DNA of 64,000 nucleotides, taken from assembly GCA_044230345.1 (NCBI GenBank), contig JBGARF010000043.1, positions 1,161-65,160 on the forward strand, written 5' to 3'. Below are positions 9,340 to 18,292 of this stretch, in pieces. Source of the stretch: Limisphaerales bacterium. Its GTDB lineage: Bacteria > Verrucomicrobiota > Verrucomicrobiia > Limisphaerales > JADJPG01. Positions within the stretch are counted from its first letter, which is position 1, and each line of letters begins with the position of its first letter. Position numbers and translations under genes: made by a program. The notes beneath the pieces are model-generated. The model did no database searches and was not told the DNA's origin. It saw only the letters and a program-made list of their open reading frames with translations.

Positions 9340-11853
9340 ATGAGTCAAGACTCTGGACCCAATCGGTGTCCCCGCTGCGGCGCATTGCTGACGAACGACG
9401 CGCCCGGTGGCCTTTGCTTGCGATGTCTCGCCTCATTGGGAGTGGAAGATTTGGCCTTCGGCGATGACCCGCCCTGGTCGACGTCGAACCCCGCCTCGAC
9501 TGACAGCCTCCTTGGTGACTACGAACTGCTCGACGAAATCGCCCGGGGCGGCATGGGGGTCGTTTATCGAGCGCGGCAGCGAAGCCTGAATCGCGTGGTG
9601 GCCCTCAAGGTGATCCTCTCAGGGCGCTTCGCTAGCCTCCAGGAAGTGCAGCGTTTTCGCGCGGAGGCGGAGGCCGCGGCCAATTTGCATCATCCGAATA
9701 TCGTGGCCATCCACGAGATCGGGGACCATCAGGGCCAGCATTTCTTCTCGATGGAATATGTGGCGGGGCAGAACCTCGCCGCTCTTACTCGCAAGGGGCC
9801 TCTTCCTGCGAAAGAAGCAGCGCGTCTCGTTCGGATCATTGCCGACGCCATCGATTACGCCCACCGTCAAAACATTCTCCACCGGGATCTCAAACCTTCC
9901 AACGTCATCCTCGACGCGCACGGCCAGCCGCGCATTACGGATTTTGGCCTGGCCAAGCGGTTGAGCGGAGATCTGGGGCTGACGTTGACGGGCCAGGCGC
10001 TGGGCTCGCCTGGTTTTATGCCGCCGGAGCAGACGATGGCCCGACACGCCACGGTCGGTCCGCCGAGCGACGTCTATGGCGTCGGCGCCATCCTCTATCA
10101 CCTGCTGACCGGCCGTCCGCCCTTCCAGGCGGAGACGGTCGATCAAGTCTTGTTGCAGCTTCGCGATGCCGATCCGGTGTCGCTCCGCCTGCTCAACCCC
10201 GGCGTCCCGCGCGATCTCGAAACCATTTGCCTCCGGTGCTTGGAGAAGAAGCCCGAGAACCGCTATCCAACCGCTCAGGCGTTGGCCGCGGATCTGGGGC
10301 GCTTTCTTGCGGGTGAGCCGGTCCACGCCCGGCCGGTCAGCGCGTTGGCGCGGGCCGGACGCTGGTGCCGTCGCCAGCCGGCCGTCGCCGCGTTGCTGGC
10401 GGTGATTTTTCTGACCGCCGCGGGCGGATTTGCCGCCGTGCTGTGGCAGCTGCAAAAAACGGAGCAAGCCAACCGTCAGTTCCTTGACGTCGTTGCGGAA
10501 CAGCTGCGCATCGCCACGGAACATCCCCAGCTGCGCAGCCGTGAGCTTCTGGCGCTGCGCAAGGATTTGCTGCAGGTGAGCGTTCCCTTTCTCGACCAAT
10601 TCGCGGCGGGTGGCCAGGCCAGCCCGGACCTGGCGTTGCGCGGGGCGATAGCCTATCGAACTTTGGCCGCGACCCTCTCGGTCATGGGGCAGCGGAACGA
10701 GGCCGTGACGAATGCGTTCAAGGCCAGAGCCATTGGCCAGTTGCTCGTGCGGGAACGGCCGGGCTTGCGGGAGGCGCGACGCGAATGGGCCGAAGCCAGC
10801 GCCTTCCTCGGTAAACAGCTGCGGTTTGCCGGCCGCCTGAGCGAAGCCGAAGCCATGCATCAGGAGGCCATTGGTCTGAGCGAACCGCTCGTCCGCGCCG
10901 ATCCGGCCGAGGCGGAGTTCGGCGCCATCCTCGGAGATCACCTCGCCGACTACGCGACGTTTCTCCTCAGCACCGGCCGGCTGGAGGAGGGCCGATCAAT
11001 GTATCAACGCGCCATGACCGAGCTTCGGGGGATCCATCCCAATGACCCTCGGCAAGGGGCCGCGATTCAGCGGGCAATCATTCTGGCCATCCTCCGAGCA
11101 GAGGCCCACCTGGCCTGGTACGAACCTGCGGGTGCCGAGCGGACGAATGCTTTGGGCGAAGCCCTTCGCCTCGGCTCGCGATTTGTCCAGGGCCGAGAGT
11201 TACCACCGGAAGAGCGCTTTCAGATGGCGCAATTGCGCACCTTCCTCGGGGAAGCCCAGGCGCAGATGGGCGCGTTCACCGAGGCGGAACAGAACCTTAC
11301 TGCGGCCCTGGAAGTCTGGGACAGCCTGCTGAGAGAGCCGGCCCAAGAGCCCAAATTCTCGCTCGGCAAAGCCGGCGCGCTTGAGCGCCTCGGCACGGTC
11401 CGAGCGTCGGCCAAGCGTTGGGCCGAGGCCGAAGGTGCGTGGGAAGAATCCATCCAGGCGCTGCGCCCGTCTTCCACGAACCCGTCTCCCAACCCGGATG
11501 CGGTCGAGCAGGTCGCCCGAGCCTACGCCGCGCGCGCGCGTGCGCTCATCGTCCAGCGACGCCTGCCGGAGGCAATCGATTGGATGCAGCAGGCCCGGGT
11601 GATGCGGGAGAGCTTGATCGTCTCGGATCCGCCTCACCCCCGCTTTCTCGCCCCGCTGGCGCGATTGCTCGGCGAGCACGCGGAGTTGTTGGTGGAGGCC
11701 GGTCGCCCGGGCGAAGCCCGCGAGGTGCTGCGTCAAGCTCGTCGCGGCTACGAACAGCTGATTGCCGCCGCTCCCAAGGAACCCTACTGGCGCCGTCAGG
11801 CGGAGGAGATCACCATCCGGCTCCAATCGCTCCCGGCCTCCGCCGCGCCTTGA
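9340..11853 (+). CDS. Membrane Ser/Thr protein kinase with an N-terminal zinc ribbon and a C-terminal TPR-like region
   Basis: ATG at 9340. The zinc ribbon is CPRCGALL...CLRCL. Hanks-kinase motifs are GGMGVVYRA, VALKVI, HRDLKPSNV, DFGLAK and PPE. The TM segment is AVAALLAVIFLTAAGGFAAVLW. A roughly 450-aa helical repeat region follows. Confidence 0.9.
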   Translation: MSQDSGPNRCPRCGALLTNDAPGGLCLRCLASLGVEDLAFGDDPPWSTSNPASTDSLLGDYELLDEIARGGMGVVYRARQRSLNRVVALKVILSGRFASLQEVQRFRAEAEAAANLHHPNIVAIHEIGDHQGQHFFSMEYVAGQNLAALTRKGPLPAKEAARLVRIIADAIDYAHRQNILHRDLKPSNVILDAHGQPRITDFGLAKRLSGDLGLTLTGQALGSPGFMPPEQTMARHATVGPPSDVYGVGAILYHLLTGRPPFQAETVDQVLLQLRDADPVSLRLLNPGVPRDLETICLRCLEKKPENRYPTAQALAADLGRFLAGEPVHARPVSALARAGRWCRRQPAVAALLAVIFLTAAGGFAAVLWQLQKTEQANRQFLDVVAEQLRIATEHPQLRSRELLALRKDLLQVSVPFLDQFAAGGQASPDLALRGAIAYRTLAATLSVMGQRNEAVTNAFKARAIGQLLVRERPGLREARREWAEASAFLGKQLRFAGRLSEAEAMHQEAIGLSEPLVRADPAEAEFGAILGDHLADYATFLLSTGRLEEGRSMYQRAMTELRGIHPNDPRQGAAIQRAIILAILRAEAHLAWYEPAGAERTNALGEALRLGSRFVQGRELPPEERFQMAQLRTFLGEAQAQMGAFTEAEQNLTAALEVWDSLLREPAQEPKFSLGKAGALERLGTVRASAKRWAEAEGAWEESIQALRPSSTNPSPNPDAVEQVARAYAARARALIVQRRLPEAIDWMQQARVMRESLIVSDPPHPRFLAPLARLLGEHAELLVEAGRPGEAREVLRQARRGYEQLIAAAPKEPYWRRQAEEITIRLQSLPASAAP

Positions 11854-11946
11854 TTTTCTTTGGCGGAATTTTTGTAACGTCCAGGACGGGCCTCCTCTAG
11901 TAGGCAGTGAAGCCGCTGTGATGGCTTCGCTAAACCAAATCTGCGC

Positions 11947-14900
11947 GTGAACAAACTTCCTATGAAACCAGCTTCCACCGGCCCCGGAATCAACCTTGGG
12001 CGAAACCCCTTTCTTCGTTGGCTCTCGCTGCTCGGCCCCGCTTTGCTCTTGGTGGCTGCCGTCAGCGCCCCCGCCGAATTCTCTCCACTCCGCATCAAAG
12101 CCGTGCGCCTCGAAGGAACCAATGTCATGGTCGAAGCCCGCGTTCCCGCCGGGCTGTCGGAGGTGCTCCTCGAATCGCGGAGCGACCTCCACCCCAGCGG
12201 ATGGCAGCTGCGCGCCACTCTCGCCGTGAACGGCAGCGCCGCCACCAACGTCATCTTCACCCTCCCTCGATCGTCGCACGACGAGTTTTTGCGCGTGCGC
12301 TCCACTCAAGGAAGCAACCCATCGCTGCGCGTGGTCGTCTTCGGCGACAGCCTTTCCGACACGGGTCGGCATTTCGAGCTCTATGATTCTCCGTTGACGC
12401 CGCCCTCGTTCGGAGGGCGCTACTCGGATGGGCCGGTCTGGATCGAATACCTGGTCAAAGCGTTGGGCCTGGGTTCGAACCAATGGATCAATCACTCGGT
12501 TGGCGGTGCCGCGTCGGGACGGGACAATTCCGGCAGCCACGAGGATGCGCCCGGGCTGCTCGACGAGATCGATCAGTTTCTGGCTGACTCGCCCCATCTG
12601 CGTGTCGACACGAATGCCCTTTATGTTCTCTGGATTGGGGCCAATGACTTCGCCATCTGGAACCAAACCAAGGCCTTCAAAACCACGAGTCCTGACGTGC
12701 TTATCGAGGGTCTATTGACCAACGTACGGACCGCAGTCGAAACCCTCGTTAGCCGTGGGGCGAAGCACTTCCTGATCCCCAATCTCCCCGACCTCGGCCG
12801 CATCCCCATGATCCAGAACTCGGGCGATGCGTTTGCCATGCCCGCCGCCAGCCTCGGCACTCTCGGGTTCAACCTGAGTCTGGCTGCGATGCTCTCCGAT
12901 CTGCAGGCGAAATACCGCAGCAACCAGGTCGACTTCGTGCAGTTCGACGTATTCTCGCTCTTTGACCGAGTCCTGTCGCGCCCCGCTGATTTCGGCTTAA
13001 CCGACGTTCGCAACGCCTGCTGGCCGGACCCGGCGGGCCCGCCCTGCGAACAGCCGCGCACGCATCTGTTCTGGGACGATCGCCATCCCACTACGACCGT
13101 TCATTCCAACATCGCCCACTTTGCCGCCCTCGTGCTGCGCGCCGGCACCAATGTCCCGCCCTTTAATTGCCCTGAGCCCGCGGCTGCTGACCCGACCGTG
13201 GTCCTGACCACCCGCGACGGCACCTTCACCACCGCACCCCAAATCGAGGTCACCGGCCAAGTCGCCGGCGCCATGCCGCCCGATGCGGCCCTCACCGTTA
13301 ACAGCATGCCCGTCGCCCCTGATGCCGGGGGACGATTCGCAATCACCCTCCCGCTGGATCCCGCCGCCCTCGCCAATCCGGTCCTCGCGGAGATCCGTCG
13401 CCCAACTTCCGCGTCGCCCGCAGCTTCCACGCAGCTCCTGTCTCGCGACCGCATCGTGATCTACCACGGGCGCTCCGTCTCCGCCGGACAGCCGGTCCAC
13501 AATGCCGTCGTGACCACCGCCAACACCAGCGGGCTCGACGCGTTGACCGAATACATCCAGCAGCGCCTTATCCAGACGGGGAATCTCAACCTGGCGGGCA
13601 AGCTGCCCGATCCGGACCCGGTCGTCTTTTTTGACATACCCTGCAAACCCGGGGTCGATATCTGGTTCACCGGCGCCGGGTACTCTTGCGTCTCGGTGAA
13701 CGCCCAGCCCATGTCCGATCGGATCCGCGTCTGGCTCGGCCTCAGCGATGTCTTTGTGACCTACGGTGCGCATGGCTGGCTCCAAGATTGCCCGGATCCC
13801 GGACCGAATTGTTTTGGCTCGGTCTATTCTCCGGGCATTCAGGGCTACATCGACTTCCAGATCCGTTCCACTGGAGGCGGCGCCGGGCAGATCCAAGTGA
13901 CGGCATTGACCGATTTCATTTTCGGCAGGTTCCAAGTTCATCACCAGATCTTCGACTGCAATCACGACTTCAACATCGGGGACAACATTCTAAGGTTGAT
14001 CAACCCCCTGCTGGAAAAGCTGATGCACGACGAGCTTCAGGATCGGCTCACCCAACACGGCGGAACTCAATTTCTCGCGGACGGACTGAGCGAGGGCATC
14101 AACTCTCTCGCCTTCCGCGGCAAGCTCGGCGGGTCCCTCGATGCCATCATCTCCGGTCGCATTCAGGGCCTCGAATCTCGCTCGGGCCAGCTCGAGGCCC
14201 GCTTCGAAACCACCGTTGACGGCGCCGGAACGGCCGGGTTGCAGACCTATGCCGGTCCCGACGGAAACTTCCGGCACCCGGTGGTCACCCCGGGTGATGG
14301 GGCTGAATATGACTTCGCCGCCAGCGTTTCGCTGGGTGCCGTGAACCAGCTGATTCTCACCGCGGCAGCCCGCATCCCCAGCCGCTGGGAACAGAAAACG
14401 ATTGAACTCGGCGCCGGCCCCCAGCCGATCACCGCCAGCCTGTTATCCATCTTTTTTCCCGCACTCCGCCATGAAGCTCGTGAGACCAGCTATAAGCTGG
14501 TCATCGAACGCCCTCTCCTCCCCATGCTGGTGGGGGGAGCGACCGAGACCTGCCCGGGCGTCGAGGCCGCCCTCGACAATCTCCTCCTCAGCATCGTGCG
14601 CACCGGCGGTTCCCGCGACGAGGTCGTTCTGACCGCGGCGCTCGATCTTCGCGCCTGCGTCACCTTCAAACACGATCGCCCCTCGTCCTCGCTCGTTTTT
14701 GGACTGCAGTTCTCCCCGGAATCGCTTCGGCGCCTGGTGCTCACTGAGAACAAGATCTGCGCCGACGCCGCCATGCTCGAACGGGTTCTTCGCACTGGAC
14801 TGGCTGCCGCCATGAACGCTCTCACCGACCTGACTTTCCCCTTTCAGTTGCCTCACCCTGAAGACCTGAGCATCACGCCCGTTCAGCTTGTCGCCGAATC

Positions 14901-16755
14901 GGGCTACGTCTCGGCCTACGCCGCCCTCAATCCCCGGCATGGCCGACCAGACCTCGTCGTCGCCGAGGTAATCGTCCCGGATGCAGTCGACGTTAACTAC
15001 TCCTTCCCCATCCGTGTGCGAGTGAAGAATGTTGGCTTTGACACCGCCTTCGGCAGCGTGGGGATCGGCGCCTCTCTTTCCACCGATGACGTGATTTGGA
15101 ATGGAAACGATCTGCGCCTCGGGATTGCGACGTTCCAGTTTTCGGGCGGATCGCTTCGGCCCAATGAGTCCGAATGGTTCACCTTCATGGCCTGGCAGGC
15201 CCCCCTCGCGATTGAAGGCACGCAGCGCTTGTTCGTCGGTGTCGACGTGCCCGACGTTCCCGGCACGGCCGGAGCCTTCTGCGAAGTCAATGAGTTCAAT
15301 AACCAATTCTCCCGCTCCATCCGCACCACCCGCGCCGATGCCTATGTCGAGTCTGTCGAGGCTCCGGATGGCTTGGTCGGTGGCGGGTTGGACGGCTTCT
15401 ACCGCGTTCGCGTGGGGCGTAACGACGTGGGGATCGATTCCATGGATGTCCCTGTTCGCGTCACCATTGGTGAGGGCGAAAACCTGCGCTGGGGCGACGC
15501 CGTCGCCCGGGTCCCACGCGGAGGTGTGACGACGGTCTTGGTTCGCGTGTCGACTCCGCCGGCTTTCGGGCTAATCTGCAGCACGGCCTTCAACACCTAT
15601 ACGGTCCTGGCTTGCACCCACCTCGACTATGACCCGAATCAGGGCAATAACTGCAAAACCACGACCGCTCAGGTGGCCGTTCCCTACTACAACCTTCGCT
15701 ACACCATCAACGGTCCGTCCGAAGCGAAGGTCGGTGAAGCGGTCGTTTGGTCCGTGACCATTCACAACGATGGCAACATGCCGTCGCCGCCCATCTCTTC
15801 CCGCACCGCCATCGGCCTGGCGCCAGGCGACGATTACCTGTCAATCGTCAACGGCAGTCTGCGAACCTTCGTTGCGCCGGTCTTGGCCGCCAAGGGCCAC
15901 ACTGGGGATTCGGCCACGGTTTCGTTCAGCGCCCTCGTTACCCCGGGTGCGGTGGTGCATCAGTACATCAAGGCGGGCATCGATCCGTTCGCCGGCGGCC
16001 AGGACCCCTGCCTGTCGGGCAACCAGGTGGATGTCCCGATCGAGATCTGCGGGGCAGACCTTTCCATCACGGACATCGAGATTCCTGACGACCTCGTCGG
16101 GGGCGACGGCTTGCGCACCTACTATGTCACCGTGCAGAACAATGGCTGTGATGACGCCCGGGGGGTGTGGGTAAAAACCTGTCTCGGCCAGGTCTGCATC
16201 GACGTTGGCCCGCTCACCATCAAGACCAACGCCTCGCATCGTTTTCCGGTGCGCATTGTGACTCCCTTTTCCAATGGGGCCGCTCATCAGGTGAACCAGT
16301 TCCCCATCACGGCGTGCCTCACCGGCTGGGCCGACGCCACGCCGGCCAACAATTGTCGGACGGAACAGGCGCCCATCGCGGTCCCGTTCTTCGACCTGCA
16401 GTTCGAGATTATTTACAGCGGGACCGGGGCCTATGTCTGCACCAAGGTTGACTGGCAGGTCAAGGTTACCAACCGCGGCAACATCCGTTCACCCCAGGTG
16501 TGTGCCATGACCGGCGTGGTGAAGCCGTCGGGTGCGACGAACTGGTTCCCCAACTTGGGGCAGAATTTCTTCCAGGTCGTGGAGCTCGATCCGAACCGAA
16601 GTTGGACCAAGCAGATCGATGATTACGAAATCTGGTGCCAGCCCTCCTTTGTCGGCCCAGGCTATATCAAAGCCGAGATCAACTACTCCAACCGCTGTTT
16701 CGACCACGACCTTACCGGGAACATGGCGCAAAAGCCATTCCGCGTCCGCTACTAA
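11947..16755 (+). CDS. Giant (1602 aa) secreted SGNH/GDSL esterase-lipase fused to CARDB-like repeats
   Basis: Start is GTG at 11947 (alternative ATG at 11962) with a signal peptide. SGNH blocks are VVVFGDSLSDTG, a GGAASGR region, WIGANDF and LFWDDRHPT. The C-terminal half has repeated CARDB-like units (PDLVVAEVIVPDAVDVNYSFPIRVRVKNVG, ADLSITDIEIPD...YYVTVQNNG, VDWQVKVTNRGN). Confidence 0.85.
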   Translation: MNKLPMKPASTGPGINLGRNPFLRWLSLLGPALLLVAAVSAPAEFSPLRIKAVRLEGTNVMVEARVPAGLSEVLLESRSDLHPSGWQLRATLAVNGSAATNVIFTLPRSSHDEFLRVRSTQGSNPSLRVVVFGDSLSDTGRHFELYDSPLTPPSFGGRYSDGPVWIEYLVKALGLGSNQWINHSVGGAASGRDNSGSHEDAPGLLDEIDQFLADSPHLRVDTNALYVLWIGANDFAIWNQTKAFKTTSPDVLIEGLLTNVRTAVETLVSRGAKHFLIPNLPDLGRIPMIQNSGDAFAMPAASLGTLGFNLSLAAMLSDLQAKYRSNQVDFVQFDVFSLFDRVLSRPADFGLTDVRNACWPDPAGPPCEQPRTHLFWDDRHPTTTVHSNIAHFAALVLRAGTNVPPFNCPEPAAADPTVVLTTRDGTFTTAPQIEVTGQVAGAMPPDAALTVNSMPVAPDAGGRFAITLPLDPAALANPVLAEIRRPTSASPAASTQLLSRDRIVIYHGRSVSAGQPVHNAVVTTANTSGLDALTEYIQQRLIQTGNLNLAGKLPDPDPVVFFDIPCKPGVDIWFTGAGYSCVSVNAQPMSDRIRVWLGLSDVFVTYGAHGWLQDCPDPGPNCFGSVYSPGIQGYIDFQIRSTGGGAGQIQVTALTDFIFGRFQVHHQIFDCNHDFNIGDNILRLINPLLEKLMHDELQDRLTQHGGTQFLADGLSEGINSLAFRGKLGGSLDAIISGRIQGLESRSGQLEARFETTVDGAGTAGLQTYAGPDGNFRHPVVTPGDGAEYDFAASVSLGAVNQLILTAAARIPSRWEQKTIELGAGPQPITASLLSIFFPALRHEARETSYKLVIERPLLPMLVGGATETCPGVEAALDNLLLSIVRTGGSRDEVVLTAALDLRACVTFKHDRPSSSLVFGLQFSPESLRRLVLTENKICADAAMLERVLRTGLAAAMNALTDLTFPFQLPHPEDLSITPVQLVAESGYVSAYAALNPRHGRPDLVVAEVIVPDAVDVNYSFPIRVRVKNVGFDTAFGSVGIGASLSTDDVIWNGNDLRLGIATFQFSGGSLRPNESEWFTFMAWQAPLAIEGTQRLFVGVDVPDVPGTAGAFCEVNEFNNQFSRSIRTTRADAYVESVEAPDGLVGGGLDGFYRVRVGRNDVGIDSMDVPVRVTIGEGENLRWGDAVARVPRGGVTTVLVRVSTPPAFGLICSTAFNTYTVLACTHLDYDPNQGNNCKTTTAQVAVPYYNLRYTINGPSEAKVGEAVVWSVTIHNDGNMPSPPISSRTAIGLAPGDDYLSIVNGSLRTFVAPVLAAKGHTGDSATVSFSALVTPGAVVHQYIKAGIDPFAGGQDPCLSGNQVDVPIEICGADLSITDIEIPDDLVGGDGLRTYYVTVQNNGCDDARGVWVKTCLGQVCIDVGPLTIKTNASHRFPVRIVTPFSNGAAHQVNQFPITACLTGWADATPANNCRTEQAPIAVPFFDLQFEIIYSGTGAYVCTKVDWQVKVTNRGNIRSPQVCAMTGVVKPSGATNWFPNLGQNFFQVVELDPNRSWTKQIDDYEIWCQPSFVGPGYIKAEINYSNRCFDHDLTGNMAQKPFRVRY

Positions 16756-16783
16756 GTCCTATCTGAACGGCCATTTATCCGGC

Positions 16784-16822
16784 GCGGGCCTTGGCGATCG
16801 CCGTCAAGGCCCGCTTGCATTT
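16784..16822 (+). terminator. Possible intrinsic terminator after the giant gene
   Basis: GCGGGCCTTG (16784-16793) pairs with CAAGGCCCGC (16805-16814), followed by TTGCATTT. Confidence 0.4.
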
Positions 16823-17017
16823 ACTCGACGTGCTGACGGTATCGTGCTCGCTGACGTCGACCTCGCGGCGGCGGCAGGCCCTCGAATTCGGGTAGGCCGG
16901 GAACCCTCTCCTGGGCTTTATCCACGGGCTTTCTGCTGTGTAAAGTCAGACCGTTAACCGCGCCGAATGGACCAAAACAATAGGACGCGCCACCCGCTTC
17001 AGCGAAATCGTCCCGAG

Positions 17018-17329
17018 ATGGTCGAGATTGGGTTCCGATGGAGCGGCCTTCTGGTGGTCGCCGTGCTTACGCTCCTGGCGTTGAACTTGCCACCTCCAGC
17101 CGCCGCGGCGGCGAGCGGTCCTCCGCTGACCATTCAATGGCTTCCGAACCACTCCGAGCGCCTGGCCTGGACCAACGATGGCCCGCTGATTCTCGAAGAA
17201 TCCCGCGGGTTCAATGCGTTCAGCTCGTCGACACGGGTCTTTAAACCGGTGCCGGCCCCGCCGCCGAAGCATCTGCCGATCGTCACGATTCACGAAGTGG
17301 GGAGCGGGACGGGCAGCATGACGCTGTAG
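17018..17329 (+). CDS. Small hypothetical secreted protein
   Basis: MVEIGFRWSGLLVVAVLTLLALNLPPPAAAAAS is a signal-like N-terminus and the codons show GC3 bias. The antisense ORF 16946-17434 is Arg-rich and looks spurious. Confidence 0.35.
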   Translation: MVEIGFRWSGLLVVAVLTLLALNLPPPAAAAASGPPLTIQWLPNHSERLAWTNDGPLILEESRGFNAFSSSTRVFKPVPAPPPKHLPIVTIHEVGSGTGSMTL

Positions 17330-17397
17330 TGGATATAGTGGAGGGCGGGCCATCGGCCGGATGAAACCGCGAGGGGCCGCTGCCGCCCAGTGACCCT

Positions 17398-17433
17398 TGC
17401 AACCTTTGATCGCGTACGCGATCAAAGGTTGCA
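17398..17433. repeat. Perfect 36-nt palindrome, copy 1
   Basis: TGCAACCTTTGATCGCGTACGCGATCAAAGGTTGCA equals its own reverse complement. It lies 31 nt upstream of the GTG at 17465. Confidence 0.9.
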
Positions 17434-17464
17434 CGCGTCGATGGAGTGGATCTAAGGTTTCAAT

Positions 17465-18250
17465 GTGCAGCCTAAAACGGAGGAACTGCTCTACTCGATA
17501 CTCTGGGTCGCCGAACTTGCGGCGCGTCCCACCTTTCGGAACTTGACCGAAGGCTACGAAAGTTGGGCCTACCGCAACGGCCTTCGTCGACAGCTCAATA
17601 CCCTCGAACGACGTGACCTCATCGAGAGCCGAACAGGTGCTTCATCGGAGCGTGTCTATCGGCTGACTTCCCTCGGTCGCCAGCATGCGTTTGGAACGGA
17701 TCCGCGAGAAGCTTGGAGTCGGCGGTGGGACGGGCAATGGCGGATGGTTGTCTATGACGTGCCGCAAGCGCGGGCGAGTGAACGAGCGCGGCTGCGCAAT
17801 GCATTACGTGAACGAGGTTTTGGATATTTGCAGAATAGTGTGTGGATCACGCCCGATCCGCTGGTCAACGAGCGGGAACGGCTGAGAGAAACCTCCATCG
17901 ATGTGCAATCGCTCGTCCTGCTCGAAGCTCGTCCGTGTGCGGGCGAATCAGATGCACATCTGGTTGCGGGCGCGTGGAACTTTGAGGCCATCAACAAGTC
18001 CTATGCGGACTACCTCGAAGTGCTGGGGCATCGACCGAGACAGAGCCTGGACAGCAAGGCTGCGGCTGAAAAGTACCAACATTGGTTGCGGAAGGAGCGT
18101 TCGGCTTGGATTGAAGCAATGCGTCTCGATCCGTTGTTGCCCGAACGGTTGTTACCCGCGGGCTACCGCGGAAAGGAAGCCTGGCGGGCTCGCCTGGCTG
18201 TCATGAAAGAAGTCGGGGTCTCGATTCGTGACTTTCGGATCCCGATCTAA
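17465..18250 (+). CDS. PaaX-family-like transcriptional regulator
   Basis: WDGQWRMVVYDVPQARASERARLRNALRERGFGYLQNSVWITPDP matches the PaaX C-terminal-domain signature as I remember it. The N-terminal region (SERVYRLTSLGRQ) looks like a winged helix. Start is GTG. Confidence 0.7.
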   Translation: MQPKTEELLYSILWVAELAARPTFRNLTEGYESWAYRNGLRRQLNTLERRDLIESRTGASSERVYRLTSLGRQHAFGTDPREAWSRRWDGQWRMVVYDVPQARASERARLRNALRERGFGYLQNSVWITPDPLVNERERLRETSIDVQSLVLLEARPCAGESDAHLVAGAWNFEAINKSYADYLEVLGHRPRQSLDSKAAAEKYQHWLRKERSAWIEAMRLDPLLPERLLPAGYRGKEAWRARLAVMKEVGVSIRDFRIPI

Positions 18251-18254
18251 CTCA

Positions 18255-18290
18255 TGCAGCCTTGGATCGCGTACGCGATCCAAGGTTGCA
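18255..18290. repeat. 36-nt palindrome, copy 2 (one mismatch in the arms; related to copy 1)
   Basis: The sequence is TGCAGCCTTGGATCGCGTACGCGATCCAAGGTTGCA. It shares the GATCGCGTACGCGATC core and the TGCA ends with copy 1. It starts 4 nt after the TAA at 18248-18250 and ends 2 nt before the stop of the convergent gene (18293). Confidence 0.9.
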
Positions 18291-18292
18291 CG

